Below, one piece after another: positions 10,382-23,199 of a stretch of DNA of 64,000 bases; position 1 is the first letter of the stretch, and each line of letters begins with the position of its first letter. The DNA is from Haliotis rubra. Its lineage: Eukaryota. The stretch is taken from the NCBI RefSeq assembly GCF_003918875.1, contig NW_025767419.1:310001-374000 (forward strand), given 5' to 3'. Made by a program: the position numbers and the translations under genes. The notes under the pieces were generated by a model that did not search any database, was not told the origin of the DNA, and saw only the letters and a program-made list of their open reading frames with translations.

Positions 10382-12780
10382 TCATAGTGTACAAGTACTG
10401 TTCACTCATCGATATGTTATCTCCCGATGACAAAGAGGGCTGGGAAGGTATTGATGAAAAAAAACAGGACGTGAATTAGTTACCTATAAAAAAGAAAGAA
10501 AACCATTCGTCCTTCAGATTGTAATTTAATGGTCATGAAGTACAAAACGAAATATATACCAGGCATATCCACAAACGGAAATTTACATGCATAGTACGGA
10601 GCATGGTTTATTACATATCATTTTAATTTCATCAACACAAACATCAAAACATCATGAAAACTGTAACGATTAGAAGTACATATACTCGCTTAATACACTA
10701 TTAACCGTCTAACAGAGATACTAATACATACCACGTATTGACTGGGATGCCGTGTGACCATTGTAGCAGCAGTTAGAGAACATGGTTGGAAATAGGAGCA
10801 TGTTTGCCTGAACAATAAGTCGCCTTCATGGCCTAAATGGACTCCCTTGACACAACTATTTGAAATTTCAGTAGCATACGCAATGTCATGTATGAAGAAC
10901 GGAACAGTCTGTATTTGAAATGTATACTTGTAACATTACCATGACAACGTCAAACAGATTCCGCCTGGGACTCCTTCTATCACATTGAGTCCACGCACAG
11001 ACACACTATTCCTAACAACAGTTGATTATCATACTATACACTGATGCATTAACGACGGAGTTTTTTCGGCCGTTAGTTAAATCCTTTGACTAGGGAAGAT
11101 GACAGCTGTTTAAAATCCAATGTAATGTTACATCAGTAGCAGTAGTAGATTATCGCCCTTTGATTATGTTCTTCAAAAAAGCATATTTTTTATAGCGGGT
11201 TTATTATATCGTTGGAGGTTGAGAGTGATCCCCTTGGCATTTTTGCAAGCCAGCGGCTCCAGCCGTGCAGTAAAAGAAATATGAGGATATAATAGGCAAT
11301 CCGATTGCATCGGAAAATATAGGACAACTAAGGTGTAACTACTCTCTACTTCTTACATATAGAGTATTTTAGTGTAAAGTGATTTTATCTATGTGAAGAA
11401 ATATACATGTAGTTGATTTGTGTGTTTTACCTGGGCTACAATGGAGATAAATTTGATGGAAACGAACCTTTTAAATTTCGTCAATTTATGTTATTGTAAA
11501 ATGAGGTTTGTACTTAGGATATATTTCACTTTTCAACCTGTATCAATTACTGAAGTCTTATTTTGTATATTATCCTATCTGGTTCATGTTATAAGGTATA
11601 GGACTTGTCAAATCACTTTGAAATAGGATATAGGATTTTATATGATCTATGATATGCGAAATAGGACATAGGATTTTATGGAACTTCATTGTAATTCAGA
11701 CCTTTGTTTTGTTTACAGCTTTTTACTAAATGAACGTGAGTTTATTGAAACACATCCTTCGGCAAGAAGATACATATATATGCCTTGAGAAGGAAAGCAT
11801 TAAAAGATAACAACAAGAGAATATTGGGTTCAAGGTCAGAGGTGAGGCTGATCTGTGGGCTGCCCTAATAAACAATGAGTATGTTAGGATGGGCAACTAC
11901 AGTTAGGATGGGCAACTACAGTTGCCAGCAGCAGCAATGGGCAACAATGTTGCCAGCAGCAAATAGAGCAATCGCATTTCTGCAGAAAAGCAGACAATAA
12001 TAAGGCAAAGCCAAAAGATTCCTATCCGCTGAGAAGCAGAAAGGTTAAACAGATTCCGGCTGAAGAGCCGTCCTGCCATAAATTTGAATATTGCCTAAGT
12101 ATTAATGATTGAGCCCACAACATCCAGGCCACCCCTAACATTTATTGACATAGGCATATATACACAGACATTACAAGCCCTTTGCCAATAATGTACAATC
12201 TGGAAACAGAAAGAAGAAAGAGATGGCTGGCAAGGGAAGGGTGGGAGGGAAGCGAAAATATAACTTAATGCAGGATACAAAGAGGATAGACTAACTGTGC
12301 GAATCTAAAAAATCAATGGATGAACAAAAGATGACGTAATCAGAAGTAGACACATGACGTCATTGGAATTAACATAACTGGAAGTTACGTAAGCAAACAT
12401 AAAAGAGCGGGAAGAATGAACTGAAAGTAAGTGTGAATGGTTTCAATAAATGCATTGAGTGTTAAGCACTAAATGAGAGTAATTTCAATCTGAGGACTGT
12501 AATAAATAACGACGAAACGAGGTTGGACAATGAAGCTCATGATCAGACTCTCTTCGATTTCAATACTACAAAGCAGAAGCAGATTCCCAGGCCCAAAGAT
12601 GTTGGATGATTATAGTCACTGGGCATCTTTTTGATCACTGTTTGTTGCTCTCCACTTCGACGGCAGAAGCCCTTTGTCCGTACTCCGTCCAGGAACCCTT
12701 CAAACATCCCATGTTTATGCTTAGATGATAAAACTCGACAAAACGTGAAATAGTAAATGTAGGGTAATTTGAAATATAAA

Positions 12781-12844
12781 CCGCCGCCATGTAGCTGGAA
12801 TATTGCTGAATGCGGCGTAAAGCTAAAGTCACTCACACACTCAC
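12781..12844 (+). mobile_element. Short SINE 3' tail insertion in intron 6 (also at about 17801-17856)
   Basis: ccgccgccatgtagctggaatattgctgaatgcggcgtaaa...cactcac, flanked by a tgaaatataaa duplication. Present in C and D, absent in B. Confidence 0.75.
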
Positions 12845-14307
12845 TGAAATATAAAAAAAGATTAAAGATTACTCATTGGACATAAACATAAACAGATTAA
12901 TGTTTGGAATGCCAGTACAATCTACCGATAATGGATTGTACTCACACAGTAGACGCTGACGTCATCCTTCCCACACACAGAGGCAGCCAAGGCGAGTGTA
13001 CAGGCTGTGAAACCCACGTAACAGGTTGACGTCATAGACTGGTTCATCTTGACCCCTACTGACTGAAACACTGGACAACAGGACACATTCTACTACTTGT
13101 ATGGATGTACATATACATATACATGTACAGATTGAAAATGCACATGTGAATGTGAGAATGTGATTGATTGATTGATTGGTTGATGGATGGATTGAAGTTT
13201 GTGGTTAAAAGAAAGTCATCGAGAAATACACAAAGGCTAGAATACCTACAGCGGCAGGTGACTTAAACACGTCACAATAGATATCCCTTTTTCTATTATG
13301 ATTTCTATGTAGAAACAACCAGTGAAGTTAAAAATAGCACGATCATTTCCGTTTTAGGATGAAAAAGGTCTTAGCATGAACGTTCAATGCCTACTTTTAG
13401 ACGAGATCGCAAGCTTGATTTTGTTCTGGACTTTTTTCTTGAATACTAATAATTCTTTATATTGCATTGTGAATCGTTTAAAACATATGATCCAAAATAT
13501 ACTACAATAATACAAATACCTTTTGTACATAATGTTAGGAGAATATAAAGGACAAACCCTTTCCATGTTGATACCAAATTTCCGTTTTTAATCAATTGAT
13601 TGTAGGATTGCGACTAGATCTGACTTGTTATAAACCTGTGTTATGAATCAATATCAAACAGTCATGATACTTGTGAACGCAAAAACTGTGACACTCGTCA
13701 CAAACACGCGAAAGCATGTCAATTGTTCACCTGAAAAAGTTGCAATCTCCAGACCATCTAGACTACGAGTACTATCTGCTCTATGTTAACAAACATCCTA
13801 GACGTCCATCAACGTTTCCTGTCCTATCGGTGACATCCGTCACAAACACACGTAAAAGCATGTCAATTCTTCACCTAAAAGGCTAAAACAGTTGCAATAG
13901 TCAAGAGGAACTAGACTACAAGTAATCATTTCTCCATGGTAACTCACATCCTAGAAGTTGGTCCTTCCCTTTGAGGGAGATGGTGTCGTCCTCATACAGA
14001 GCTGGGTAGGAGATGTTGACGGCCCCGGGAATGTGCCCGGTTTGAAACGTCAGGCCTTCTGACTTGACTCCGACATAATCCATGCAGAATGTCTGCACTG
14101 TATTGAACATTAAATACTGTTATAAAAACCTGAATCACAGAGCCCTTTATAATTTAATCTATCAACATGAAATCTGTATTATTCATTTTTTTTCTGTTAT
14201 TTGGACACTGTGAAAGGTTAACGGTATGTAATAGCTATATTCTGCTATTTGGACACTGTGGGACACTGTGTATATGTATTGACTGTGAAAGTTTAACGGT
14301 AGTATGT

Positions 14308-14664
14308 GAGGTGAGGTGAGGTGAAATTAGGTTTAACGTCGTGCTTGAGAATATTTCGCTCATATGACGACGTGCATGCGTGTGTATGTGTATGTGCGGC
14401 TGCTTGTACTAGCCAAGACTTAAGCTGGTTTTATAGTGCTAGACCACTGAGATACCATGCCGCAGTGAAGCATGAATACCCCACTCAGACACATTATACT
14501 GACTCCGAGCCGACCAGTCCTTGTTGTACCCAATAATGCCGAGCGCCAGACAGGGACCAAAAAGTACCATATTTTAACGTCTTTTGGTATGACGCGGTCG
14601 GGGATCGAACCCGCGACCTTCCCTCTCCGGGCGGACGCTCTAACCACTACACCACGGAGGCGGT
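14308..14664 (-). mobile_element. Family 1 SINE in intron 4 of copy C
   Basis: Reverse complement of the 10029 element with a (gtgag)n tail. Copy B shows the empty site (agtttaacggtatgtaat, about 6721). Confidence 0.88.
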
Positions 14665-17657
14665 TTTAACAGTATGTAATGACTATATTGATCATGACTA
14701 ATTTCGAAGCACAAAAGTTTAAGATGTATATGTGTCATATATTTAAACCTCAGATTCTAACGCTGTTCAAACTAGACGTAGTATTGAAAATTTGTGACTA
14801 TAAGTACTTTTTGATGGCTCTTTCTCTTTGCCATCAAAATTGTCGGGTAGTCGAGTGTCCACGAATTGTCGGCCATCTCCGGGTTTGATGTCATCGTACA
14901 GCATTACCATGCTTTTGTTCAACCTGACCGTTACGTCACCGTTCTAGGGAATATGATCAGCATATATCTATTTTGGCTACATAAGTTATAAATATTTATA
15001 CGGTCTGTTGAATCAATATGGTTTTTTTCCACATTTACATCACAACGAAAATTTCTTTCACATTAAAATTCCTTTGTTAAAGTTATTAATTGTCTGAATC
15101 ATAGTTACGTGATGTTTCCCAACGGAGCACCCACCTCATAGTTGACCTCCTTGTCTGTGACTGGGTAACCCTCCTTCTTCCATCTGACCAGTCCCCCGTT
15201 TAAAACAGACACATTCCTTATACCGTGAACCTGTGGAAACAAACCAGTAACTACTTTACCTTTGAAACTTTCGTTATAACAGATAACTGTAGGGACAATG
15301 TGGTCATCACATTCCTGGAGACCAAACATGCAACTGAAATTTCAGATAATAGAACGTCCCTCAGAATGGCACGCAAGATTATGAATCTGGAACTTAATGT
15401 TGAAAAGCACCACCGTTGAAATGGGGTAAACGTCGTGTTCAAGAATTTACTGATCGACGTGTATGCACGTTTTTATGCGACTGCTTGTACTATCCAGGAC
15501 AAATGCCGGGTTGTACTGCTGCTCGGCCATTTCTGGTGTCCCCGCCGTGATATTGCTGGAATATTGCTAAAGGCGGCGTTAAACCATAGGCATAGGAAAT
15601 TTACATGCATAGTACGGAGCATGGTTTATTACATATCATTTTAATTTCATCAAAACATCATGAAAACTGTAACGATTAGAAGTACATATACTCGCTTAAT
15701 ACACTATTAACCGTCTAACAGAGATACTAATACATACCACGTATTGACTGGGATGCCGTGTGACCATTGTAGCAGCAGTTAGAGAACATGGTTGGAAATA
15801 GGAGCATGTTTGCCTGAACAATAAGTCGCCTTCATGGCCAAATGGACTCCCTTGACACAACTATTTGAAATTTCAGTAGCATACGCAATGTCATGTATGA
15901 AGAACGGAACATAGTCTGTATTTGAAATGTATAACATTACCATGACAACGTCAAACAGATTCCGCCTGGGACTCCTTCTATCACATTGAGTCCACGCACA
16001 GACACACTATTCCTAACAACAGTTGATTATCATACTATACACTGATGCATTAACGACGGAGTTTTTTCGGCCGTTAGTTAAATCCTTTGACTAGGGAAGA
16101 TGACAGCTGTTTAAAATCCAATGTAATGTTACATCAGTAGCAGTAGTAGATTATCGCCCTTTAATTATGTTCCTCAAAAAAGCATATTTTTTATAGCGGG
16201 TTTATTATATCGTTGGAGGTTGAGAGTGATCCCCCTTGGCATTTTTGCAAGCCAGCGGCTCCGGCCATATTTTATGTGCAGTAAAAAGAAAAATGAGGAT
16301 ATAATAGGCAATCCGATTGCATCGGAAAATATAGGACAACTAAGGTGTAACTACTCTCTACTTCTTACATATAGAGTATTTTAGTGTAAAGTGATTTTAT
16401 CTATGTGAAGAAATATACATGTAGTTGATTTGTGTGTTTTACCTGGGCTACAATGGAGATAAATTTGATGGAAACGAACCTTTTAAATTTCGTCAATTTA
16501 TGTTATTGTAAAATGAGGTTTGTACTTAGGATATATTTCACTTTTCAACCTGTATCAATTACTGAAGTCTTATTTTGTATATTATCCTATCTGGTTCATG
16601 TTATAAGGTATAGGACTTGTCAAATCACTTTGAAATAGGATATAGGATTTTATATGATCTATGATATGCGAAATAGGACATAGGATTTTATGGAACTTCA
16701 TTGTAATTCAGACCTTTGTTTTGTTTACAGCTTTTTACTAAATGACCGTGAGTTTATTGAAACACATCCTTCGGCAAGAAGATACATATATATGCCTTGA
16801 GAAGGAAAGCATTAAAAGATAACAACAAGAGAATATTGGGTTCAAGGTCAGAGGTGAGGCTGATCTGTGGGCTGCCCTAATAAACAATGAGTATGTTAGG
16901 ATGGGCAACTACAGTTGCCAGCAGCAGCAGCAGCAGCAATGGGCAACAATGTTGCCAGCAGCAGCAATGGGCAACAATGTTGCCAGCAGCAAATAGAGCA
17001 ATCGCATTTCTGCTGAAAAGCAGACAATAATAAGGCAAAGCCAAAGATTCCTATCCGCTGAGAAGCAGAAGGGTTAAACAGATTCCGGCTGAAGAGCCGT
17101 CCTGCCATAATTTTGAATATTGCCTAAGTATTAATGATTGCAGCCCACAAGATCCAGGCCACCCCTAACATTTATTGACATAGGCATATATACACAGACA
17201 TTACAAGCCCTTTGCCAATAATGTACAATCTGGAAACAGAAAGAAGAAAGAGATGGCTGGCAAGGGAAGGGTGGGAGGGAAGCGAAAATATAACTTAATG
17301 CAGGATACAAAGAGGATAGACTAACTGTGTGAATCTAAAAAATCAATGGATGAACAAATGATGACGTAATCAGAAGTAGACACATGACGTCATTGGAATT
17401 AACATAACTGGAAGTGACGTAAGCAAACATAAAAAAGAATGAACTGAAAGTAAGTGTGAATGGTTTCAATAAACGCATTGAATGTTAAGCACTAAATGAG
17501 AGTAATTTCAATCTGAGGGCTGGAATAAATAACGACGAAACGAGGTTGGACAATGAAGCTCATGATCAGCCTTTCTTCGATTTCAATACTACAAAGCAGA
17601 AGCAGATTCCCAGGTCCAAAGATGTTGGTTGATTATAGTCACTGGGCATCTTTTTGA

Positions 17658-20600
17658 TCACTGTTTGCACTCCACTTCCACGGCAGAAGCCCTTTGTCCG
17701 TACTCCGTCCAGGAACCCTTCAAACATCCCATGTTTATGCTTAGATTATAAAACTCGACAAAACGTGAAATAGTAAATGTAGGGTAATTTGAAATATAAA
17801 CCGCCGCCATGTAGCTGGAATATTGCTGAATGCGGCGTAAAACTAAAGTCACTCACTGAAGTATAAAAAAAGATTAAAGGTTACACATTGGACATAAACA
17901 TAAACAGATTAATGTTTGGAATGCCAGTACAATCTACCGAGAATGGATTGTACTCACACAGTAGACGCTGACGTCATCCTTCCCACACACAGAGGCAGCC
18001 AAGGCGAGTGTACAGGCTGTGAAACCCACGTAACAGGTTGAGGTCATGGGTTGGTTCATCTTGACCCCTACTGACTGAAACACTGGACAACAGGACACAT
18101 TCTACTACTTATATGGATGTACATATACATATACATGTACAGATTGAAAATGTACATGTGAATGTGATTGATTGATTGATTGATTGAAGTTTGTGGTTAA
18201 AAGAACGTCATCGAGAAATACACAAAGGCTAGAATACCTACAGCGACAGGTGACTTAAATACGTCACAAAAGATATCCCTTCTGCACATCTTCTTCTTTA
18301 GTTATGATTTCTATGTAGAAACAACCAGTGAAGTTAAAAATAGCACGATCATTTCAGTTTTAGGATGAAAAAGGTCTTAGCATGAACGTTCAATGCCTAC
18401 TTTTAGACGAGATCGCAAGCTCGATTTTGTTCTGGACTTTTTTCGAGAATACTAATATTTCTTTATATTGCATCATTGTGAATCGTTTAAAACATATGAT
18501 CCCAAATACTAAAATAATACAAATACCTTCTGTACATAATGTTAGGAGAATCAAACCCTTTCCATGTTGATACCAAATTTCCGTAGGATTGCGACTAGAT
18601 CTGACTTTGTTATAAACATGTGTTATGAATCAGTATCAAAAGTCATGATACTTGTGAACGCAAAAACTGTGACACTCGTCACAAACATGCGAAAAGCATG
18701 TCAATTGTTCACCTGAAAAGTTTGCAATCTCCAGACCATCTAGACTACGAGTACTATCTGCTCTATGTTAACAAACATCCTAGACGTCCATCAACGTTTC
18801 CTGTCCCATCGGTGACATCCGTCACAAACACACGTAAAAGCATGTCAATTGTTCACCTAAAAGGCTAAACCAGTTGCAATCGTCAAGACCATCTTAACTG
18901 CGAGTAGTAGTTTCTCCATGGTAACTCACATCCTAGAAGTTGGTCCTTCCCTTTGAGGGAGATGGTGTCGTCCTCGTACAGGGCTGGGTAAGAGATGTTG
19001 ACGGCCCCAGGAATGTGTCCGGTTTGAAACGTCAGGCCTTCTGACTTGAGTCCGACATAATCCATGCAGAATGTCTGCACTGTATTGAACATTAAATACT
19101 GTTATAAAAACTGAATCACAGAGCCTTTTATAATTTAATCTATCAACATTTCCGTTTGTGGATCGATGCCTGGTATATATTTCGTTTTGTACTTCATGAC
19201 CATTAAAATTACAATCTGAAGGACGAATATTTTTCATTCTTTTTATAGGTGACTAATTCTCGTCCTGTGTGTTTCATCAATACCTTCCCAACCCTCTCTT
19301 TGTCAATGGGAGATAACATATCGATTAGTAAGCAGTACTTGTACACTATGAGGAGTGAGTCGTAATTGGGTTTAACGTCGTGCTTGAGAATATTTCGCTC
19401 ATATGACGACGTGCATGCGTGTGTATGTGTATGTGCGGCTGCTCGTACTAGCCCAGACTTAAGCTGGTTTTATAGTGCTAGCGCACTGAAATACCATGCT
19501 GCAGTGAAGCATGAATACCCACTCAGACACATTATACTGACTCCGAGCCGACCAGTCCTAGTTGTACCCATTAATGCCGAGCGCCAGGCAGGGACCAAAA
19601 AGTACCATATTTTAACGTCTTTTTGTATGACGCGGTCGGGGATCGAACCCACGACCTTCCGCTCTCCGGGCGGATGCTCTTACCACTACACCACGGAGGC
19701 GGTTTTAACTGTATGCAATGACTATATTGATCATGACTAACTTCGAAGCACAAAAGGTTAAGATGTATATGTGTCATATATGTAAACCTCAAACCCGTTC
19801 AAACTAGACGTAGTATTGAAAATTTGTGACTATAAGTACTTTGTGATGGTTCTTTCTCTTTGCCATCAAAATTGTCGGGTAGTCGAGTGTCCACGAACTG
19901 TCGGCCATCTCCGGGTTTGATGTCATCGTACAGCATTACCAGGCTTTTGTTCAACCTGACCGTTACGTCACCGTTCTAGGAATATGATCAGCATATATCT
20001 ATTTTGGCTACATAAGTTATAAATATTTATACGGTCTGTTGAATCAATATGGGTTTTTACATCACAACGAAAATTTCTTTCACATTAAAATTCCTTTGTT
20101 ATAGACATTAATTGTCTGAATCATAGTTACGTGATGTTTCCCAACGGAGCACCCACCTCAGAGTTGACCTCCTTGTCTGTGACTGGGTAACCCTCCTTCT
20201 TCCATCTGAACAGTCCCCCGTTTAAAACAGACACATTCTTTATACCGTGAACCTGTGGAAACAAACCAGTAACTACTTTACCTTTGAAACTTTCGTTATA
20301 ACAGATAACTGTAGGGACAATGTGGTCATCACATACCTGGAGACCAAACATGCTACTGAAATTTCAGATAATAGAACGTCCCTCAGAATGGTACGCAAGA
20401 TTATGAATCTGGAACACCACGGTTTAAATGGGGTAAACGTCGCGTTCGAAAGGATTTTACTGATTGACGTGTATGCACGTGTTTGTGCGACTGCTTGTAC
20501 TATCCATGACAAATGCCGTCTTGTACTGGTGTCCCCGCCGTGATATTGCTGGAATATTGCTACCATCCTCGAGATGCTGCCATTCCATTAAGCTGAACAT

Positions 20601-21317
20601 TTTCGTACAGGATCACGTGACTTGATGCGTTAATGCCGAGAGATCTGACATAATCTTGAAATAGAGAGGGATCTGGCAACCCAACAGGAAGATACTGAGT
20701 GCGGGAAGCATTGTTCGCTATGTTGAAAAACTGGGCTCCTTCAATATGCTCACTAGAAAGTGAAATTGAAAAGGCGTAAAACATTTAATAATCAATGGTA
20801 GAGAAAACTGACATATACATGCAGAACTAAGTAAAGCTGTATACATGTGATTGTACGTTTGTGATTATTCGAAGTTTTTCTAATTAAATCGCTTATAGTG
20901 CGCATATCAAACATACTATGCATAACATGAAGCATATTGTTAGTTTTGTCAAAACAAATAGATAGAATCCAGAGAGATGCGTATTAAATATGCTTTCACA
21001 TATACATGTATCTGGTCATATTATAAGTTTCATACTTTGTAGCCGAAGAACAACAAGTGTCTAATGTTACATCTGTCTACTGAAACATAACATCGGTCGC
21101 ACCTCCAAAACGGAGCCTGACATTTAGTGACTGTAAAAATGAGAAACAGAGCTTAATATTGTGTTCAATGTTACCTGCTACCTTTGGACTGTTACCTTTT
21201 AAACTCCTCTATAGATAGTCCAGAAGGTCCTATGCTTGTATCGAAAACTCTCAGATCTTTGTTACCAGCTTTTATTTGACTTGACAGCCATTCAGGAGTT
21301 ACCACAGGGTCGACCAT
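17658..21317 (-). pseudogene. Sulfurtransferase copy D, probable pseudogene (end of exon 2 and donor deleted)
   Basis: Exons 21317-21196, 20752-20563 (12 nt short), 20252-20157, 19975-19840, 19079-18930, 18082-17958 and 17717-17658. Exon 2 stops at ...ASRGW and runs into TAG inside a SINE fragment. The WLFR|GT end seen in copy B is missing. Confidence 0.78.
19352..19703 (-). mobile_element. Family 1 SINE in intron 4 of copy D (apparently recombinant)
   Basis: Same right flank as the copy C element. Its left flank is an inverted copy of 10381-10582. Confidence 0.85.
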
Positions 21318-23199
21318 TTCGCGGAAGTCAGGAACCAGTTTTGCCTGAGTGCAACAGCGCTGACTGATGTGAGCTCCCCGTAGGCCCTGTAGGTCAAACT
21401 CATATGACTTCAGCTCCAGCCAATTGACGACTGCGTGAACACCCCTGACAATGAACGCTACTGAATATTGATTGATAATATATTCAATACGATCTGGTAG
21501 AACAAAAATAGAGTGATGCTTGTTAGTTAGAGCTGAAAATATATATTGTTTAACGCAACACTGTGTGTGTTTCGGCTTTCCTCATCGCTTGACCGACTGT
21601 AATTTGCCCGTCGATCAGAATAACAGAATACTTCCGCCGACTCGAACTCAGGACCAACCAACGGCTCATTTATTTGATTCTTTACTTTCTTTATATTCAA
21701 TTTTAAAAATACACTTTCATGTATTAAAGGAAAAGAAACCGTTTAATGATGTCTAGCTTTGTGACAGTAACACCTAATTCAATCTATTTGCATGTTCTCT
21801 GCTACTTTTCTTTTGTTCTCTTCTACTTGCGCAGTGTAGACTGTGTTATGGATTCAAAATCTGCAAATTGGACAAAACATGATTTTGCTGTATATATTTT
21901 GCATTTCCTGAATACAAAAGAAAACTGACTGAATTGCTTTTTTAAAGATAGCTTCAGATTCCCAATAGCCACTTCTAAACAGGCCAAAATATAGTTACTG
22001 TAGAATCAGAGTTACATATGTCTTTTGCATTCTTTTATCTTAAATAGACCGACTCAACTTTAGCTCATGGTGTCCTTCAGGGACTGAAGCACTCGTGCTG
22101 GGTAGTTATTGCGTAAAGAAACTGAACGCCTTGAACTGTCCAAGACGTACGTGACGATCGGCAACAAGGCTTGTGTTTCACAGAGTTCAAGTACTGCTTA
22201 CTCATCGATATGTTATCTCCCCGTCCATATCGAAGCAACTGTCTGTCTCAAAGTACAACATGTCCAATTAAAACAAGAAAAGTAGACAGCTGACTATCAT
22301 TGTGAGTTAATGATAACAGGCCCGGTGATGTACGCCTCTCCGTGGTGGGCCTATAGAGGGGAATTTAATTATACATCCCCTTAGGGCTGATCCCCGAAGC
22401 TGTTTTTTCACTTGGTTACAAAAATAAACAAACAAGGAAGCTCCACTGCCCAGTCAGCTTTCCTCCGGTAGTAAAACCAATCATACTGAAGATGGTACTT
22501 GCCACGGGAGAAGAACCCGATCAAGAATATCTTGGTCAAACCAACTAAACACACACTACTTGAGTGTGCAAAAGCGACAGGATGGCCTGAAAATCCACGC
22601 ATGAATGGCAATCGCTAAAGTTGCATTGGGTAAATGCCTTGCCAATGTATGCTTACCTGACGGAGCAAAATCTCCGGGACCAATTCCGGTGCCTTACATG
22701 CACCGTGAGCCAGTTGAACCGTCAGGAACCTTTGCATGAGCAGAATGCTCAAGTGGCAGCAGACCCAAAACTTCCAATGGACGTCCGCGTCAACCTCTTT
22801 CTGATGGAAACTCTTCCGGCACAGAGTCAATTTGCCCTAAATTTATATTTTTGTTTCATTTGATTTTTAGGAAATTAATGATTTAACTTTAGATAAACGG
22901 AGACCAATTAAACAGCTGAATATTTTTTTTCCCAATCAAGAAGTTGAATTACGTATATATATATTCTATAATTTCTATTTCTTTACAACTTTCTGCAAAC
23001 TGTTCATTATATGAAGTTAATTATTGCGTCTATGCTGCGGCTCGAACTGTGGAGGAACTCCACACAGTTTCCAAAGAAAAAAGTATCTAATCCTAAGAAT
23101 AACACACCAAAGAAATACCGATTTCAAGTAAAACTAACCGAAACTATAAAATACATTTCATGGGTTGAGCTGTGCCTTACTTTAAGATCATCAGTGAAT

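Larger units (their letters stand above)
12635..15230 (-). pseudogene. Sulfurtransferase copy C, 5'-truncated (exons 3-7 only)
   Basis: Intact exons 15230-15135, 14943-14808, 14097-13948, 13070-12946 and 12697-12635. Upstream, intron 2 ends in a SINE fragment (about 15527-15585) and joins intergenic sequence at about 15595. Exons 1-2 and the promoter are absent. Confidence 0.8.
10578..20530. repeat. Recent tandem segmental duplication of about 5 kb (10578-15530 vs 15595-20530)
   Basis: Near-identical intergenic and gene sequence, including identical spurious ORFs at 11420 and 16432. The same intergenic block recurs, more diverged, at about 3470-4110. The region upstream of B (about 9160-10420) matches the region upstream of D (about 21320-22220). 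Confidence 0.9.

Noticed and set aside
11420-11626. Identical 68-aa ORF at 11420 and 16432
   Set aside because: The identity comes from the recent segmental duplication. It has a non-ATG start and no recognisable domain.
12635-21317. A single gene with duplicated, mutually exclusive exon blocks (D exons 1-2 spliced to C exons 3-7)
   Set aside because: D exon 2 has no in-phase donor, and exon 1 (phase 2) cannot join exon 3 (phase 0), so no intact product arises either way.
22318-22380. Possible HDV-like ribozyme upstream of the non-LTR remnant (aggcccg/tgggcct, gatgta/tacatc, cgc/gtg pairings)
   Set aside because: P1, P2 and P3-like pairings can be drawn, but the GG of P1.1 and the catalytic C in J4/2 are absent. 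It is not supportable without a covariance-model search.
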